Shown here one piece after another: positions 9,250 to 20,404 of a stretch of DNA of 24,000 nt. This stretch comes from Escherichia coli (GTDB taxonomy: Bacteria > Pseudomonadota > Gammaproteobacteria > Enterobacterales > Enterobacteriaceae): NCBI RefSeq assembly GCF_030036835.1, contig NZ_CP124496.1. One strand, given 5' to 3'. Within the stretch, counting starts at the first letter, position 1; each line of letters starts with the position of its first letter. The notes under the pieces are model-generated. The model saw nothing but the letters and a program-made list of their open reading frames with translations. It was not told where the DNA came from and did no database searches. The position numbers and the translations under genes were made by a program.

Positions 9250-9605
9250 TGGGACCGTGGTCCCAGACCGATAATCAGACCGACAACACGAGTGGGATCG
9301 TGGTCCCAGACTAATAATCAGACCGACGATACGAGTGGGACCGTGGTCCCAGACTAATAATCAGACCGACGATACGAGACCGTGGTCCCAGACTAATAAT
9401 CAGACCGACGATACGAGTGGGACCATGGTCCCAGACTAATAATCAGACCGACGATACGAGTGGGACCATGGTCCCAGACTAATAATCAGACCGACGATAC
9501 GAGTGGGACCGTGGTCCCAGACTAATAATCAGACCGACGATACGAGTGGGACCGTGGTCCCAGTCTGATTATCAGACCGACGATACAAGTGGAACAGTGG
9601 GCCCA
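9250..9605. repeat. sopC: sopC plasmid centromere (incD): tandem 43-bp units each carrying the SopB-binding palindrome TGGGACCGTGGTCCCA
   Basis: Palindromes at 9250-9265, 9293-9308, 9336-9351, 9379-9390 (shortened by 4 bp), 9418-9433, 9461-9476, 9504-9519, 9547-9562, and degenerate 9590-9605 (TGGAACAGTGGGCCCA). Confidence 0.97.
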
Positions 9606-9694
9606 GAGAGAATATTCAGGCCAGTTATGCTTTCTGGCCTGTAACAAAGGACATTAAGTAAAGACAGATAAACGTAGACTAAAACGTGGTCGCA

Positions 9695-10666
9695 TCAGGG
9701 TGCTGGCTTTTCAAGTTCCTTAAGAATGGCCTCAATTTTCTCTATACACTCAGTTGGAACACGAGACCTGTCCAGGTTAAGCACCATTTTATCGCCCTTA
9801 TACAATACTGTCGCTCCAGGAGCAAACTGATGTCGTGAGCTTAAACTAGTTCTTGATGCAGATGACGTTTTAAGCACAGAAGTTAAAAGAGTGATAACTT
9901 CTTCAGCTTCAAATATCACCCCAGCTTTTTTCTGCTCATGAAGGTTAGATGCCTGCTGCTTAAGTAATTCCTCTTTATCTGTAAAGGCTTTTTGAAGTGC
10001 ATCACCTGACCGGGCAGATAGTTCACCGGGGTGAGAAAAAAGAGCAACAACTGATTTAGGCAATTTGGCTGTGTTGATACAGCGGGTAATAATCTTACGT
10101 GAAATATTTTCCGCATCAGCCAGCGCAGAAATATTTCCAGCAAATTCATTCTGCAATCGGCTTGCATAACGCTGACCACGTTCATAAGCACTTGTTGGGC
10201 GATAATCGTTACCCAATCTGGATAATGCAGCCATCTGCTCATCATCCAGCTCGCCAACCAGAACACGATAATCACTTTCGGTAAGTGCAGCAGCTTTACG
10301 ACGGCGACTCCCATCGGCAATTTCTATGACACCAGATACTCTTCGACCGAACGCCGGTGTCTGTTGACCAGTCAGTAGAAAAGAAGGGATGAGATCATCC
10401 AGTGAGTCCTCAGTAAGCAGCTCCTGGTCACGTTCATTACCTGACCATACCCGAGAGGTCTTCTCAACACTATCACCCCGGAGCACTTCAAGAGTAAACT
10501 TCACATCCCGACCACATACAGGCAAAGTAATGGCATTACCGCGAGCCATTACTCCTACGCGCGCAATTAACGAATCCACCATCGGGGCAGCTGGTGTCGA
10601 TAACGAAGTATCTCCAACCGGTTGAGTATTGAGCGTATGTTTTGGAATAACAGGCGCACGCTTCAT
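9695..10666 (-). CDS. sopB: Plasmid partition protein SopB (ParB family centromere-binding protein)
   Basis: 323 aa, [66 protein letters not shown]...; F SopB sequence. Confidence 0.98.
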   Translation of the reverse strand: MKRAPVIPKHTLNTQPVGDTSLSTPAAPMVDSLIARVGVMARGNAITLPVCGRDVKFTLEVLRGDSVEKTSRVWSGNERDQELLTEDSLDDLIPSFLLTGQQTPAFGRRVSGVIEIADGSRRRKAAALTESDYRVLVGELDDEQMAALSRLGNDYRPTSAYERGQRYASRLQNEFAGNISALADAENISRKIITRCINTAKLPKSVVALFSHPGELSARSGDALQKAFTDKEELLKQQASNLHEQKKAGVIFEAEEVITLLTSVLKTSSASRTSLSSRHQFAPGATVLYKGDKMVLNLDRSRVPTECIEKIEAILKELEKPAP

Positions 10667-11841
10667 TATCTAATCTCCCAGCGTGGTTTAATCAGACGAT
10701 CGAAAATTTCATTGCAGACAGGTTCCCAAATAGAAAGAGCATTTCTCCAGGCACCAGTTGAAGAGCGTTGATCAATGGCCTGTTCAAAAACAGTTCTCAT
10801 CCGGATCTGACCTTTACCAACTTCATCCGTTTCACGTACAACATTTTTTAGAACCATGCTTCCCCAGGCATCCCGAATTTGCTCCTCCATCCACGGGGAC
10901 TGAGAGCCATTACTATTGCTGTATTTGGTAAGCAAAATACGTACATCAGGCTCGAACCCTTTAAGATCAACGTTCTTGAGCAGATCACGAAGCATATCGA
11001 AAAACTGCAGTGCGGAGGTGTAGTCAAACAACTCAGCAGGCGTGGGAACAATCAGCACATCAGCAGCACATACGACATTAATCGTGCCGATACCCAGGTT
11101 AGGCGCGCTGTCAATAACTATGACATCATAGTCATGAGCAACAGTTTCAATGGCCAGTCGGAGCATCAGGTGTGGATCGGTGGGCAGTTTACCTTCATCA
11201 AATTTGCCCATTAACTCAGTTTCAATACGGTGCAGAGCCAGACAGGAAGGAATAATGTCAAGCCCAGGCCAGCAAGTGGGCTTTATTGCATAAGTGACAT
11301 CGTCCTTTTCCCCAAGATAGAAAGGCAGGAGAGTGTCTTCTGCATGAATATGAAGATCTGGTACCCATCCGTGATACATTGAGGCTGTTCCCTGGGGGTC
11401 GTTACCTTCCACGAGCAAAACACGTAGCCCCTTCAGAGCCAGATCCTGAGCAAGATGAACAGAAACTGAGGTTTTGTAAACGCCACCTTTATGGGCAGCA
11501 ACCCCGATCACCGGTGGAAATACGTCTTCAGCACGTCGCAATCGCGTACCAAACACATCACGCATATGATTAATTTGTTCAATTGTATAACCAACACGTT
11601 GCTCAACCCGTCCTCGAATTTCCATATCCGGGTGCGGTAGTCGCCCTGCTTTCTCGGCATCTCTGATAGCCTGAGAAGAAACCCCAACTAAATCCGCTGC
11701 TTCACCTATTCTCCAGCGCCGGGTTATTTTCCTCGCTTCCGGGCTGTCATCATTAAACTGTGCAATGGCGATAGCCTTCGTCATTTCATGACCAGCGTTT
11801 ATGCACTGGTTAAGTGTTTCCATGAGTTTCATTCTGAACAT
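10666..11841 (-). CDS. sopA: Plasmid partition ATPase SopA (ParA family)
   Basis: 391 aa, contains [44 protein letters not shown] (deviant Walker A); F SopA sequence; adjacent to sopB. Confidence 0.98.
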   Translation of the reverse strand: MFRMKLMETLNQCINAGHEMTKAIAIAQFNDDSPEARKITRRWRIGEAADLVGVSSQAIRDAEKAGRLPHPDMEIRGRVEQRVGYTIEQINHMRDVFGTRLRRAEDVFPPVIGVAAHKGGVYKTSVSVHLAQDLALKGLRVLLVEGNDPQGTASMYHGWVPDLHIHAEDTLLPFYLGEKDDVTYAIKPTCWPGLDIIPSCLALHRIETELMGKFDEGKLPTDPHLMLRLAIETVAHDYDVIVIDSAPNLGIGTINVVCAADVLIVPTPAELFDYTSALQFFDMLRDLLKNVDLKGFEPDVRILLTKYSNSNGSQSPWMEEQIRDAWGSMVLKNVVRETDEVGKGQIRMRTVFEQAIDQRSSTGAWRNALSIWEPVCNEIFDRLIKPRWEIR

Positions 11842-12170
11842 CCTTTAATCATTGCTTTGCGTTTTTTTATTAAATCTTGCAATTTACTGCAAAGCAACAA
11901 CAAAATCGCAAAGTCATCAAAAAACCGCAAAGTTGTTTAAAATAAGAGCAACACTACAAAAGGAGATAAGAAGAGCACATACCTCAGTCACTTATTATCA
12001 CTAGCGCTCGCCGCAGCCGTGTAACCGAGCATAGCGAGCGAACTGGCGAGGAAGCAAAGAAGAACTGTTCTGTCAGATAGCTCTTACGCTCAGCGCAAGA
12101 AGAAATATCCACCGTGGGAAAAACTCCAGGTAGAGGTACACACGCGGATAGCCAATTCAGAGTAATAAAC

Positions 12171-12418
12171 TGTGATAATCAACCCTCATCAATGATGACG
12201 AACTAACCCCCGATATCAGGTCACATGACGAAGGGAAAGAGAAGGAAATCAACTGTGACAAACTGCCCTCAAATTTGGCTTCCTTAAAAATTACAGTTCA
12301 AAAAGTATGAGAAAATCCATGCAGGCTGAAGGAAACAGCAAAACTGTGACAAATTACCCTCAGTAGGTCAGAACAAATGTGACGAACCACCCTCAAATCT
12401 GTGACAGATAACCCTCAG
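12171..12418. repeat. incC iteron cluster (RepE-binding direct repeats) downstream of repE
   Basis: Repeated TGTGAYaaa..aCCCTCA motifs: TGTGATAATCAACCCTCA (12171), TGTGACAAACTGCCCTCA (12254), TGTGACAAATTACCCTCA (12345), TGTGACGAACCACCCTCA (about 12378), TGTGACAGATAACCCTCA (12400), plus a degenerate copy near 12196. Confidence 0.85.
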
Positions 12419-12419
12419 A

Positions 12420-13217
<798 letters not shown>

Positions 13218-13275
13218 CTAAATAAAAAAGAGTCAATAAGCAGGGATAACTTTGTGAAAAAACAGCTTCTTCTGA

Positions 13276-13490
13276 GGGCAATCTGTCACAGGGTTAAGGG
13301 CAATTTGTCACAGACAGGACTGTCATTTGAGGGTAATTTGTCACACTGAAAGGGCAATTTGTCACAACACCTTCTCTAGAACCAGCATGGATAAAGGCCT
13401 ACAAGGCGCTCTAAAAAAGAAGATCTAAAAACTATAAAAAAAATAATTATAAAAATATCCCCGTGGATAAGTGGATAACCCCAAGGGAAG
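13276..13490. promoter_or_regulatory. oriS / ori-2 replication origin: four RepE iterons, AT-rich stretch, tandem DnaA boxes
   Basis: Iterons AGGGYAATYTGTCACA at 13276-13291, 13298-13313, 13331-13346, 13352-13367; AT-rich run about 13419-13460; GTGGATAAGTGGATAA (two TTATCCAC boxes on the minus strand) at about 13463-13480. Confidence 0.9.
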
Positions 13491-13948
13491 TTTTTTCAGG
13501 CATCGTGTGTAAGCAGAATATATAAGTGCTGTTCCCTGGTGCTTCCTCGCTCACTCGAGGGCTTCGCCCTGTCGCTCGACTGCGGCGAGCACTACTGGCT
13601 GTAAAAGGACAGACCACATCATGGTGCTGTGTTCATTAGGTTGTTCTGTCCATTGCTGACATAATCCGCTCCACTTCAACGTAACACCGCACGAAGATTT
13701 CTATTGTTCCTGAAGGCATATTCAAATCGTTTTCGTTACCGCTTGCAGGCATCATGACAGAACACTACTTCCTATAAACGCTACACAGGCTCCTGAGATT
13801 AATAATGCGGATCTCTACGATAATGGGAGATTTTCCCGACTGTTTCGTTCGCTTCTCAGTGGATAACAGCCAGCTTCTCTGTTTAACAGACAAAAACAGC
13901 ATATCCACTCAGTTCCACATTTCCATATAAAGGCCAAGGCATTTATTC

Positions 13949-14755
13949 TCAGGATAATTGTTTCAGCATCGCAACCGCATCAGACTCCGGCATCGCAAAC
14001 TGCACCCGGTGCCGGGCAGCCACATCCAGCGCAAAAACCTTCGTGTAGACTTCCGTTGAACTGATGGACTTATGTCCCATCAGGCTTTGCAGAACTTTCA
14101 GCGGTATACCGGCATACAGCATGTGCATCGCATAGGAATGGCGGAACGTATGTGGTGTGACCGGAACAGAGAACGTCACACCGTCAGCAGCAGCGGCGGC
14201 AACCGCCTCCCCAATCCAGGTCCTGACCGTTCTGTCCGTCACTTCCCAGATCCGCGCTTTCTCTGTCCTTCCTGTGCGACGGTTACGCCGCTCCATGGGT
14301 ATTTTCAGTGTTGCCACCATCGTCTGCAGCTGGCTGACGTACCAGGAGTCAGAGAGCGGAACCAGCCGGTGAGTCTGCTGACCGGCGGGCATTCTCCCCG
14401 CCGTCCTGGCAGCTTTTTCGGTCCGTTGTTTCAGGGTCGCAAGCTGCACAAACGGATACGGAGGCGCAAGCGAAAAATCCCCCCGCGTCAGCGCCAGTGC
14501 TTCATTAATGCGTGCTCCGGTGTTCCACAGTGTGGCCAGCAGCATCTTGCGGTGCAGATCCGGGACGTAATGGAGCAGGGCACTCACTTCCGGAGCCAGC
14601 AGATATTTTGGCAGTTCATCATGGACCATCGACATCTGGCGAAGTGCCAGAGCTGCCGGATAATCAATGGCAACAGGCAGCGATGCAGGCTGCCCGGCAG
14701 AATACACTGCCGGTACCATGACTGCAGACTGGCTGTGTATAACGGAGCCTGACAT
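13949..14755 (-). CDS. resD: Site-specific recombinase ResD (protein D), tyrosine recombinase family
   Basis: 268 aa; HTFRHSYAMHMLYAGIPLKVLQSLMGHKSISSTEVYTKVF carries the HxxR...H...Y catalytic motif; directly downstream of ccdB as in F. Confidence 0.96.
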   Translation of the reverse strand: MSGSVIHSQSAVMVPAVYSAGQPASLPVAIDYPAALALRQMSMVHDELPKYLLAPEVSALLHYVPDLHRKMLLATLWNTGARINEALALTRGDFSLAPPYPFVQLATLKQRTEKAARTAGRMPAGQQTHRLVPLSDSWYVSQLQTMVATLKIPMERRNRRTGRTEKARIWEVTDRTVRTWIGEAVAAAAADGVTFSVPVTPHTFRHSYAMHMLYAGIPLKVLQSLMGHKSISSTEVYTKVFALDVAARHRVQFAMPESDAVAMLKQLS

Positions 14756-15281
<526 letters not shown>

Positions 15282-15299
15282 AGCACACCTCTTTTTGAC

Positions 15300-15850
15300 A
15301 TACTTCGGGTATACATATCAGTATATATTCTTATGCCGCAAAAATCAGCGCGCAAATACGCATACTGCTATCTGGCTTTTAGTAAGCCTTATGTATTTTA
15401 CCTTTCGTTATGTTAACCAATAAAAATTAAAATCTGACTTATAAAAACAAAGCGTAATTACCGCATTCCCGTTTCGTATGGATCCGACTTTATTTGAATA
15501 AACGACTTTCCGGAAGTGTACCACGCTGAGAAAATCATCATATCGCTGTTTTCCGCCCCTGCGCGGCGCATCACAGTCCAGAGATACAACACAACATATA
15601 GTGCCATGGGCAACTGTATGAGGCACTACATGCTGTGCTGACGGGATGTAACGCTGTGCGGAGGGAGAGGAAGATCCGTAACTGGGGTTTTCGGATCTCC
15701 GGAGAAATAAGAAGAGGCAGGCATTGTTGTAGCATTAAAATCCTCAATTTTAGTAATTTTAGAAGCATCACAATTTTCAAAAACTAAAAAACTGATTAAT
15801 AGCTAATAATAAAATGCTAGGTTAGCATTAAGAACAAAACAAACATTAAA
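15300..15850. promoter_or_regulatory. Intergenic region expected to contain the ccd promoter, the rfsF/ori-1 region and the pifO operator; includes the perfect inverted repeat ATGCTA-GGT-TAGCAT at 15814-15828
   Basis: Position between ccdA and pifC as in F; the palindrome is read directly 32 nt upstream of the pifC start. Exact rfsF/ori-1 boundaries not resolved. Confidence 0.5.
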
Positions 15851-15856
15851 GGATCG

Positions 15857-16948
15857 ATGATGCTAAGCCAGCTTAACCTGCGTTTTCACAAAAAACTTAT
15901 CGAGGCGCTGAAAACGCGTGCCGGTCGGGAAAATACTTCGGTCAACGCCCTAGCCGAACGCTTCCTCGATGACGGCCTGAAAACGGTCGCGCCCGGTGAC
16001 GGGTATTTTCAGCTCATTGCCGATCCGGAGGCCACGGTCCGGCAGCTGTACCGGCATATCATTCTGGGCCAGACCTTCGGCACGTCAGCGCTCTCCCGCG
16101 ACGAACTGCGCTTTGTCCTGGTTCACGTCAGGGAGGCCTTCCTGCGCGGGCATAATAGGCTGGCCACACTCCCGGCCCTGGACACGCTGCTGGACATCAC
16201 TGGCAACCTGCTGGCCTGGCAGGTGGAGCACGATCGCCCTGTGGACGGTCACTACCTGAAGGGGATTTTCCGCCTGGCCGGGAAAAACTGGACGGAAGAG
16301 TTTGAAGCCTTCCGGGCAGCGCTGCGCCCCGTGGTGGATCAGATGTATGCCGAACACCTCCTGCGTCCGCTCGAGAGCGACTGTTTTGGCCTGGCGGAGG
16401 TGCCGGACGCGGTGCTGGCAGAAATCTTCACCCTGCCGCGGCTGAAAGCTGTTTTCCCGTTGATGCTGCGCGGCCTGGACTGGAACACAGAACAGGCAAG
16501 AACGCTGGCACAGGAGCTGCGCCCGGTTATTTCTGCCGTCACGGAAACCATTGAGGCCGGCACGCTGCGCCTGGAGATCCGCGTTGACGGCCAGCACCCC
16601 GGAGAACGCCCGGGGGCCTGGTACACCACACCCCGTCTGCACCTGCTGATCACCGGCCAGGACTTCGTGGTGCCGTACGGCTGGGAAGCGTTATCCGAAC
16701 TGCTGGGCCTGTTCACGCTGTATGCCCGGCATCCGGAAGCCCTGACGCACGGTCACCAGGGGGAGCGAGTGATGTTCTCCCCGCCCGGAAACGTCACGCC
16801 GGAGGGCTTCTTCGGGATAGACGGCCTGCGGATTTTTATGCCGGCGGAGGCCTTTGAGACGCTGGTCCGGGAGCTCGCCACGCGGTGTCAAGAAGGCCCG
16901 CTGGCGGAGGCCCTGACCGGGCTGCGCTGCCTGTACGGAGATCTGTAA
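15857..16948 (+). CDS. pifC: PifC (RepC) transcriptional repressor / ori-1-associated protein; likely start at the second ATG (15860)
   Basis: 362-363 aa MLSQLNLRFHKKLIEALKTRAGRENTSVNALAERFLDDGLKTVAPGDGYF...; position and sequence match F PifC as I recall it. Confidence 0.92.
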   Translation: MMLSQLNLRFHKKLIEALKTRAGRENTSVNALAERFLDDGLKTVAPGDGYFQLIADPEATVRQLYRHIILGQTFGTSALSRDELRFVLVHVREAFLRGHNRLATLPALDTLLDITGNLLAWQVEHDRPVDGHYLKGIFRLAGKNWTEEFEAFRAALRPVVDQMYAEHLLRPLESDCFGLAEVPDAVLAEIFTLPRLKAVFPLMLRGLDWNTEQARTLAQELRPVISAVTETIEAGTLRLEIRVDGQHPGERPGAWYTTPRLHLLITGQDFVVPYGWEALSELLGLFTLYARHPEALTHGHQGERVMFSPPGNVTPEGFFGIDGLRIFMPAEAFETLVRELATRCQEGPLAEALTGLRCLYGDL

Positions 16949-16949
16949 T

Positions 16950-19175
16950 ATGAAGATACTGAGGCAGCTGTGGAACCAGAAAGGGCTTGATGCGGCAGTT
17001 GAAGATGTACCTGAGGATCGATACGGTTTCGGTAATATCGCAGAAAATATATCCCGTTCCATCCTTACTCTTCCTCTGGAGGCTTCAAATGTTGTCGGAA
17101 TAGAAGGTGCATGGGGATCGGGTAAAACAAGCCTCCTTAATCTGATCCTGAGAAACCTTGCCCTGAAAAAAGATGCTCACACGCATGTGCTGCATATTTC
17201 TCCCTGGCTGAGTGGCGGCAGTCCGGTTGAAGCGCTCTTTCTTCCGGTTGCCACGGTTATCCAGCAGGAAATGGAAATACGCTATCCCCCGAAGGGCTTC
17301 AAAAAGCTCTGGCGTAAATATCTGTTGTCACCGGAAGCTCAAAAAGTGATTGAGTATGCTCAGGATACTTCATCGCGCGTCCTTCCACTGGTTCAATATA
17401 TCGGACAGTTTTCCAGCATTATTAACTGGATAGCAGGCGGAATAAAGGTATTTTCAGACAGCCGTCTGGCTGTTGATCAGAAAACCACGACAAAGCTTCG
17501 GGCTGAAATTGCAGGACAACTGGTGAGTCTGGATCTGAAGTTCATTGTTGTCATGGATGATCTGGACCGACTGGAGCCATCCCAGGTGGCGGAAGTGTTC
17601 AGGCTTGTGCGTGCAGTAGCCGATCTGCCCCGCTTTACCCATATTCTCTGTTATGACAGGCAGATTATCACTCATGCCGTTGAACATGCGCTGAATATCG
17701 AAGATGGCAGCCGTTATCTCCAGAAAATCATTCAGCTTAGTTTTAAATTACCCCGACCTGAAGCCTTTGATTTACGTAATGAATTTCGCCAGCGGGCTGA
17801 GGCTCTATATCAGCAAATTAATAATCAACCGCCAGACTCTGGAATGGTAAGGGATCTCATCGCGGTGACTGATACCTATGGTGCCGCACTTTCGACGCCA
17901 CGGGAAATCCATCAGGCCATTAATTCCCTGATTTTTCTTTATCCGGGGATGCGGGATTTTGTTTATTTCCCTGATTTGTGCCTGCTTCAGCTTATACGGG
18001 TGACAAACCCGGCTCTGTATGACTGGACAGAGCATTACCTGACAGAACGGTCCGTGATTGAAACCGGTCAGGGTATGCTTTCTGACGGAGAGAAAGCAGA
18101 CTTCCGGGAGGGGCTTATCAGATGTATGAAGACGTTCAGGGCATCAAATGCAGACTCGTTTCTGACACTTGCAGACTGGATCCCAGGTATCAGTGGACAT
18201 AATGATGAATATCTGAATCTTTTTGAGCCCGTCAGTGAGGATTTTCGTCATATCCAGACGACCGGTAAACGACTCAGCAGCCTGACGCACTGGCGATATT
18301 ATTTTGCCTTCTCCTCACCACAGAATGTTCTGCCACCTGAATTCTTCAGACAGCTTTTTGAACAGGCTGGCGTATCGGAAAAACAGCAGCAGCTTTCTGA
18401 ATTGCTGCTCTCAAAAATCAACAGTGTGGGCAGTCTGTCCGGAACCTGGTTTGAACATATACTGAGCAGACTGACTCCAGGCCTGATAAGAGAACGTAAT
18501 TTCGAAGAGTGCGCAGGACTGGTTCATTTTTTCTTCGATCACACCGATGAGGTGAGCACTCGCTTCAGTATCCGTAACCCATGGTTTTCCCTGCGTGAAA
18601 TGGCCATTAATGAGGTTGTACGGCATCTGCTGAAGCATATGCAGGATATTGATGAGACCAGAACGATCACGCTTATGGAAAAACTGATCGTTACGGGTGC
18701 TTCGCCGTTCTGGATAGCCGATTTTATGCGGGATCTTATCTGGGAACATGGACTTGCTCAGAATGCAGTACCTTCGCCTTCAGATGCTCTTTTCAGTCGC
18801 GATATTACGGAACGGTTGCGTGACAGGTTTGCGGAACGTATGAATCAACCAGAACTTCAGCAACAGCTTCTCCTGCGCAAGTCTCTTCTCGGGTATCTCT
18901 ACGCCTGGAGAGACATGAGTTCAGGTGAAACCGTGAAGCAATGGGTCAGAGAAGTTACTACCACTGATGAAGGCCTTGTTAACCTGTTGATACGATTACA
19001 GACCAGTGTCTTCAGCTCCCACCGAGGGGCATATCGCCGGATTGCGCGTGACCAGGTCAGTCCGTTCTTTGATGACTGGCCAGCAGTCGAAGAGAAGTTG
19101 AAGGTTATGCTGTCCGGCAACGAGCTGACTCCGGAGCAGGAAGCGCTCAAAACAGCGCTGGAAAATGACGACTGA
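16950..19175 (+). CDS. pifA: KAP-family P-loop NTPase, PifA-type phage-exclusion protein (741 aa)
   Basis: Walker A VVGIEGAWGSGKTSLLNLI; Walker B and following region FIVVMDDLDRLEPSQVAEVFRLVRAVADLPRFTHILCYDRQII typical of KAP NTPases; starts 1 nt after the pifC stop. Identity to canonical F PifA not verified. Confidence 0.85.
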   Translation: MKILRQLWNQKGLDAAVEDVPEDRYGFGNIAENISRSILTLPLEASNVVGIEGAWGSGKTSLLNLILRNLALKKDAHTHVLHISPWLSGGSPVEALFLPVATVIQQEMEIRYPPKGFKKLWRKYLLSPEAQKVIEYAQDTSSRVLPLVQYIGQFSSIINWIAGGIKVFSDSRLAVDQKTTTKLRAEIAGQLVSLDLKFIVVMDDLDRLEPSQVAEVFRLVRAVADLPRFTHILCYDRQIITHAVEHALNIEDGSRYLQKIIQLSFKLPRPEAFDLRNEFRQRAEALYQQINNQPPDSGMVRDLIAVTDTYGAALSTPREIHQAINSLIFLYPGMRDFVYFPDLCLLQLIRVTNPALYDWTEHYLTERSVIETGQGMLSDGEKADFREGLIRCMKTFRASNADSFLTLADWIPGISGHNDEYLNLFEPVSEDFRHIQTTGKRLSSLTHWRYYFAFSSPQNVLPPEFFRQLFEQAGVSEKQQQLSELLLSKINSVGSLSGTWFEHILSRLTPGLIRERNFEECAGLVHFFFDHTDEVSTRFSIRNPWFSLREMAINEVVRHLLKHMQDIDETRTITLMEKLIVTGASPFWIADFMRDLIWEHGLAQNAVPSPSDALFSRDITERLRDRFAERMNQPELQQQLLLRKSLLGYLYAWRDMSSGETVKQWVREVTTTDEGLVNLLIRLQTSVFSSHRGAYRRIARDQVSPFFDDWPAVEEKLKVMLSGNELTPEQEALKTALENDD

Positions 19176-19224
19176 CCAAAAATTAAGGCCGCTTAGCGGC
19201 CTTTTTCTTACTAAATGAAGGAGA

Positions 19225-20157
19225 TCAGGCGCTTAATGCTTTATCCTTGTCAAAAGGAACACCGGCATACGCAAGCTCACTCAGCAGTTTGCGTTTCCAT
19301 CCACCATGCTCATCAAGCTCGGTATAGAGAACCCCGGCAAGATCTGAAGGGATTTCGATATCTCCCTTCCTGAGTACAAGTACTTTCCCGCGTCCAAGCT
19401 TCCCGGCGAAATATCCGAGCTCATACAGGACATTCTGGCGTGCGCGGAGACGTGTGCTTTCAGATGCCAGAGCACTGCCGCTATCGTCGGGCGTCATCAG
19501 CACGATGGCAAAACTGACATCCCCTGACTCTGCTTCAAATTTCTCGATAATCGTCCTGGAGCCGTCAGGACGTTCTGAAAGAATGATTTCCTCAAGACCT
19601 ATCCGGGATATAAAACGGGCAACAGACTGAAGGGCATCATTATCATGGCCATGAACAATAAAAATTTTTCGGGAAACCGGCCGAAACACTGCAGGCTCAG
19701 GATCGTGTTGGTTTTCCACATACAACTGGTAATCGCGCACGAACGGGGCAACTAATGACGACGTGAATTTTCGAATGGATTCAATAATGTTTCGATCATA
19801 GAAAAATGTATGACAGAAATTAAAGGAAAAATTGTTATCGTCTGCCATTTTCTCGATCAGCAGCAACTTCAGGCCCAAAATATCAGCGGGCTCATCAGGC
19901 CACTGTAGAACAGCGGAACCAGCCATGCTGGATTCAGTATCTTCACTCCTGGCCAGAAAGGTATCAAGTTCAACATTGCGGGTCAGATGTGCATTAACTG
20001 ACTGCAGATTCTCTGAGTTCAAGAGCCGGGCCAATTGCTTAAGAGGTTGCTGATAGTTCTGAACGTCAGCGCGCTGAAGGTCGAATACGCAATTTTTAAG
20101 TGACTGAAAGATATCAATCGCCATCCTGTCCGCTCTCCTGTCTTTGTTGTTCTGCAC
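19225..20157 (-). CDS. TIR-like effector (PF10137-type predicted nucleotide-binding/TIR-like domain) with an N-terminal domain of unknown function; candidate defence protein
   Basis: C-terminal half: SRKIFIVHGHDNDALQSVARFISRIGLEEIILSERPDGSRTIIEKFEAESGDVSFAIVLMTPDDSG...RARQNVLYELGYFAGKLGRGKVLVLRKGDIEIPSDLAGVLYTELDEHGGWKRKLLSEL; YELGYF carries the candidate catalytic Glu. Alternative start MAIDIF at 20124. Confidence 0.88.
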   Translation of the reverse strand: MQNNKDRRADRMAIDIFQSLKNCVFDLQRADVQNYQQPLKQLARLLNSENLQSVNAHLTRNVELDTFLARSEDTESSMAGSAVLQWPDEPADILGLKLLLIEKMADDNNFSFNFCHTFFYDRNIIESIRKFTSSLVAPFVRDYQLYVENQHDPEPAVFRPVSRKIFIVHGHDNDALQSVARFISRIGLEEIILSERPDGSRTIIEKFEAESGDVSFAIVLMTPDDSGSALASESTRLRARQNVLYELGYFAGKLGRGKVLVLRKGDIEIPSDLAGVLYTELDEHGGWKRKLLSELAYAGVPFDKDKALSA

Positions 20158-20404
20158 TGTCCAGAATCTGTTGGCGCAGATTTTCTTTCATGTGTTCGAT
20201 TAATGGACTGACCATAGGATTAGTGGCATAACCAGAAGCGCGTTCGTCCACCATGGAGTAGGCTTCCTGAATTGCGTTCTCAATGCTGCTAGGATCGTTA
20301 GCATCAAAACGAACATCATAACTTCCGTTTAAGGCCTCCGTTGCTCTCTCAACCTCTTTTAGCTGTTTCTGCATTTTGTCTAAACCTGTGATTTTGACGC
20401 CCAT
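20114..20404 (-). CDS. Small conserved protein (96 aa) with weak resemblance to the N-terminus of phage HK97-gp10-like proteins; upstream partner of the TIR-like gene
   Basis: MGVKITGLDKMQKQLKEVERATEALNGSYDVRFDANDPSSIENAIQEAYSMVDERASGYATNPMVSPLIEHMKENLRQQILDSAEQQRQ; 3' end overlaps the TIR-like ORF by up to 44 nt, same strand. Confidence 0.75.
   Translation of the reverse strand: MGVKITGLDKMQKQLKEVERATEALNGSYDVRFDANDPSSIENAIQEAYSMVDERASGYATNPMVSPLIEHMKENLRQQILDSAEQQRQESGQDGD

Noticed and set aside
9250-9605. Regularly spaced palindromic repeats that could be mistaken for a CRISPR array
   Set aside because: The units are contiguous 43-bp tandem repeats without unique spacers, directly downstream of sopB, and match the sopC/incD centromere.
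13500-13900. Search for a further replication or RNA gene between oriS and resD
   Set aside because: The sequence contains short GC-rich palindromic stretches but no supported ORF or promoter-terminator pair; treated as origin-proximal spacer.
14072-14752. 226-aa plus-strand ORF opposite resD
   Set aside because: The minus strand encodes ResD with tyrosine-recombinase catalytic residues; the plus ORF has shadow composition.
16085-17062. Minus-strand ORFs of 185 and 123 aa opposite pifC/pifA
   Set aside because: Antisense to well-supported pifC and the KAP NTPase; no independent support.
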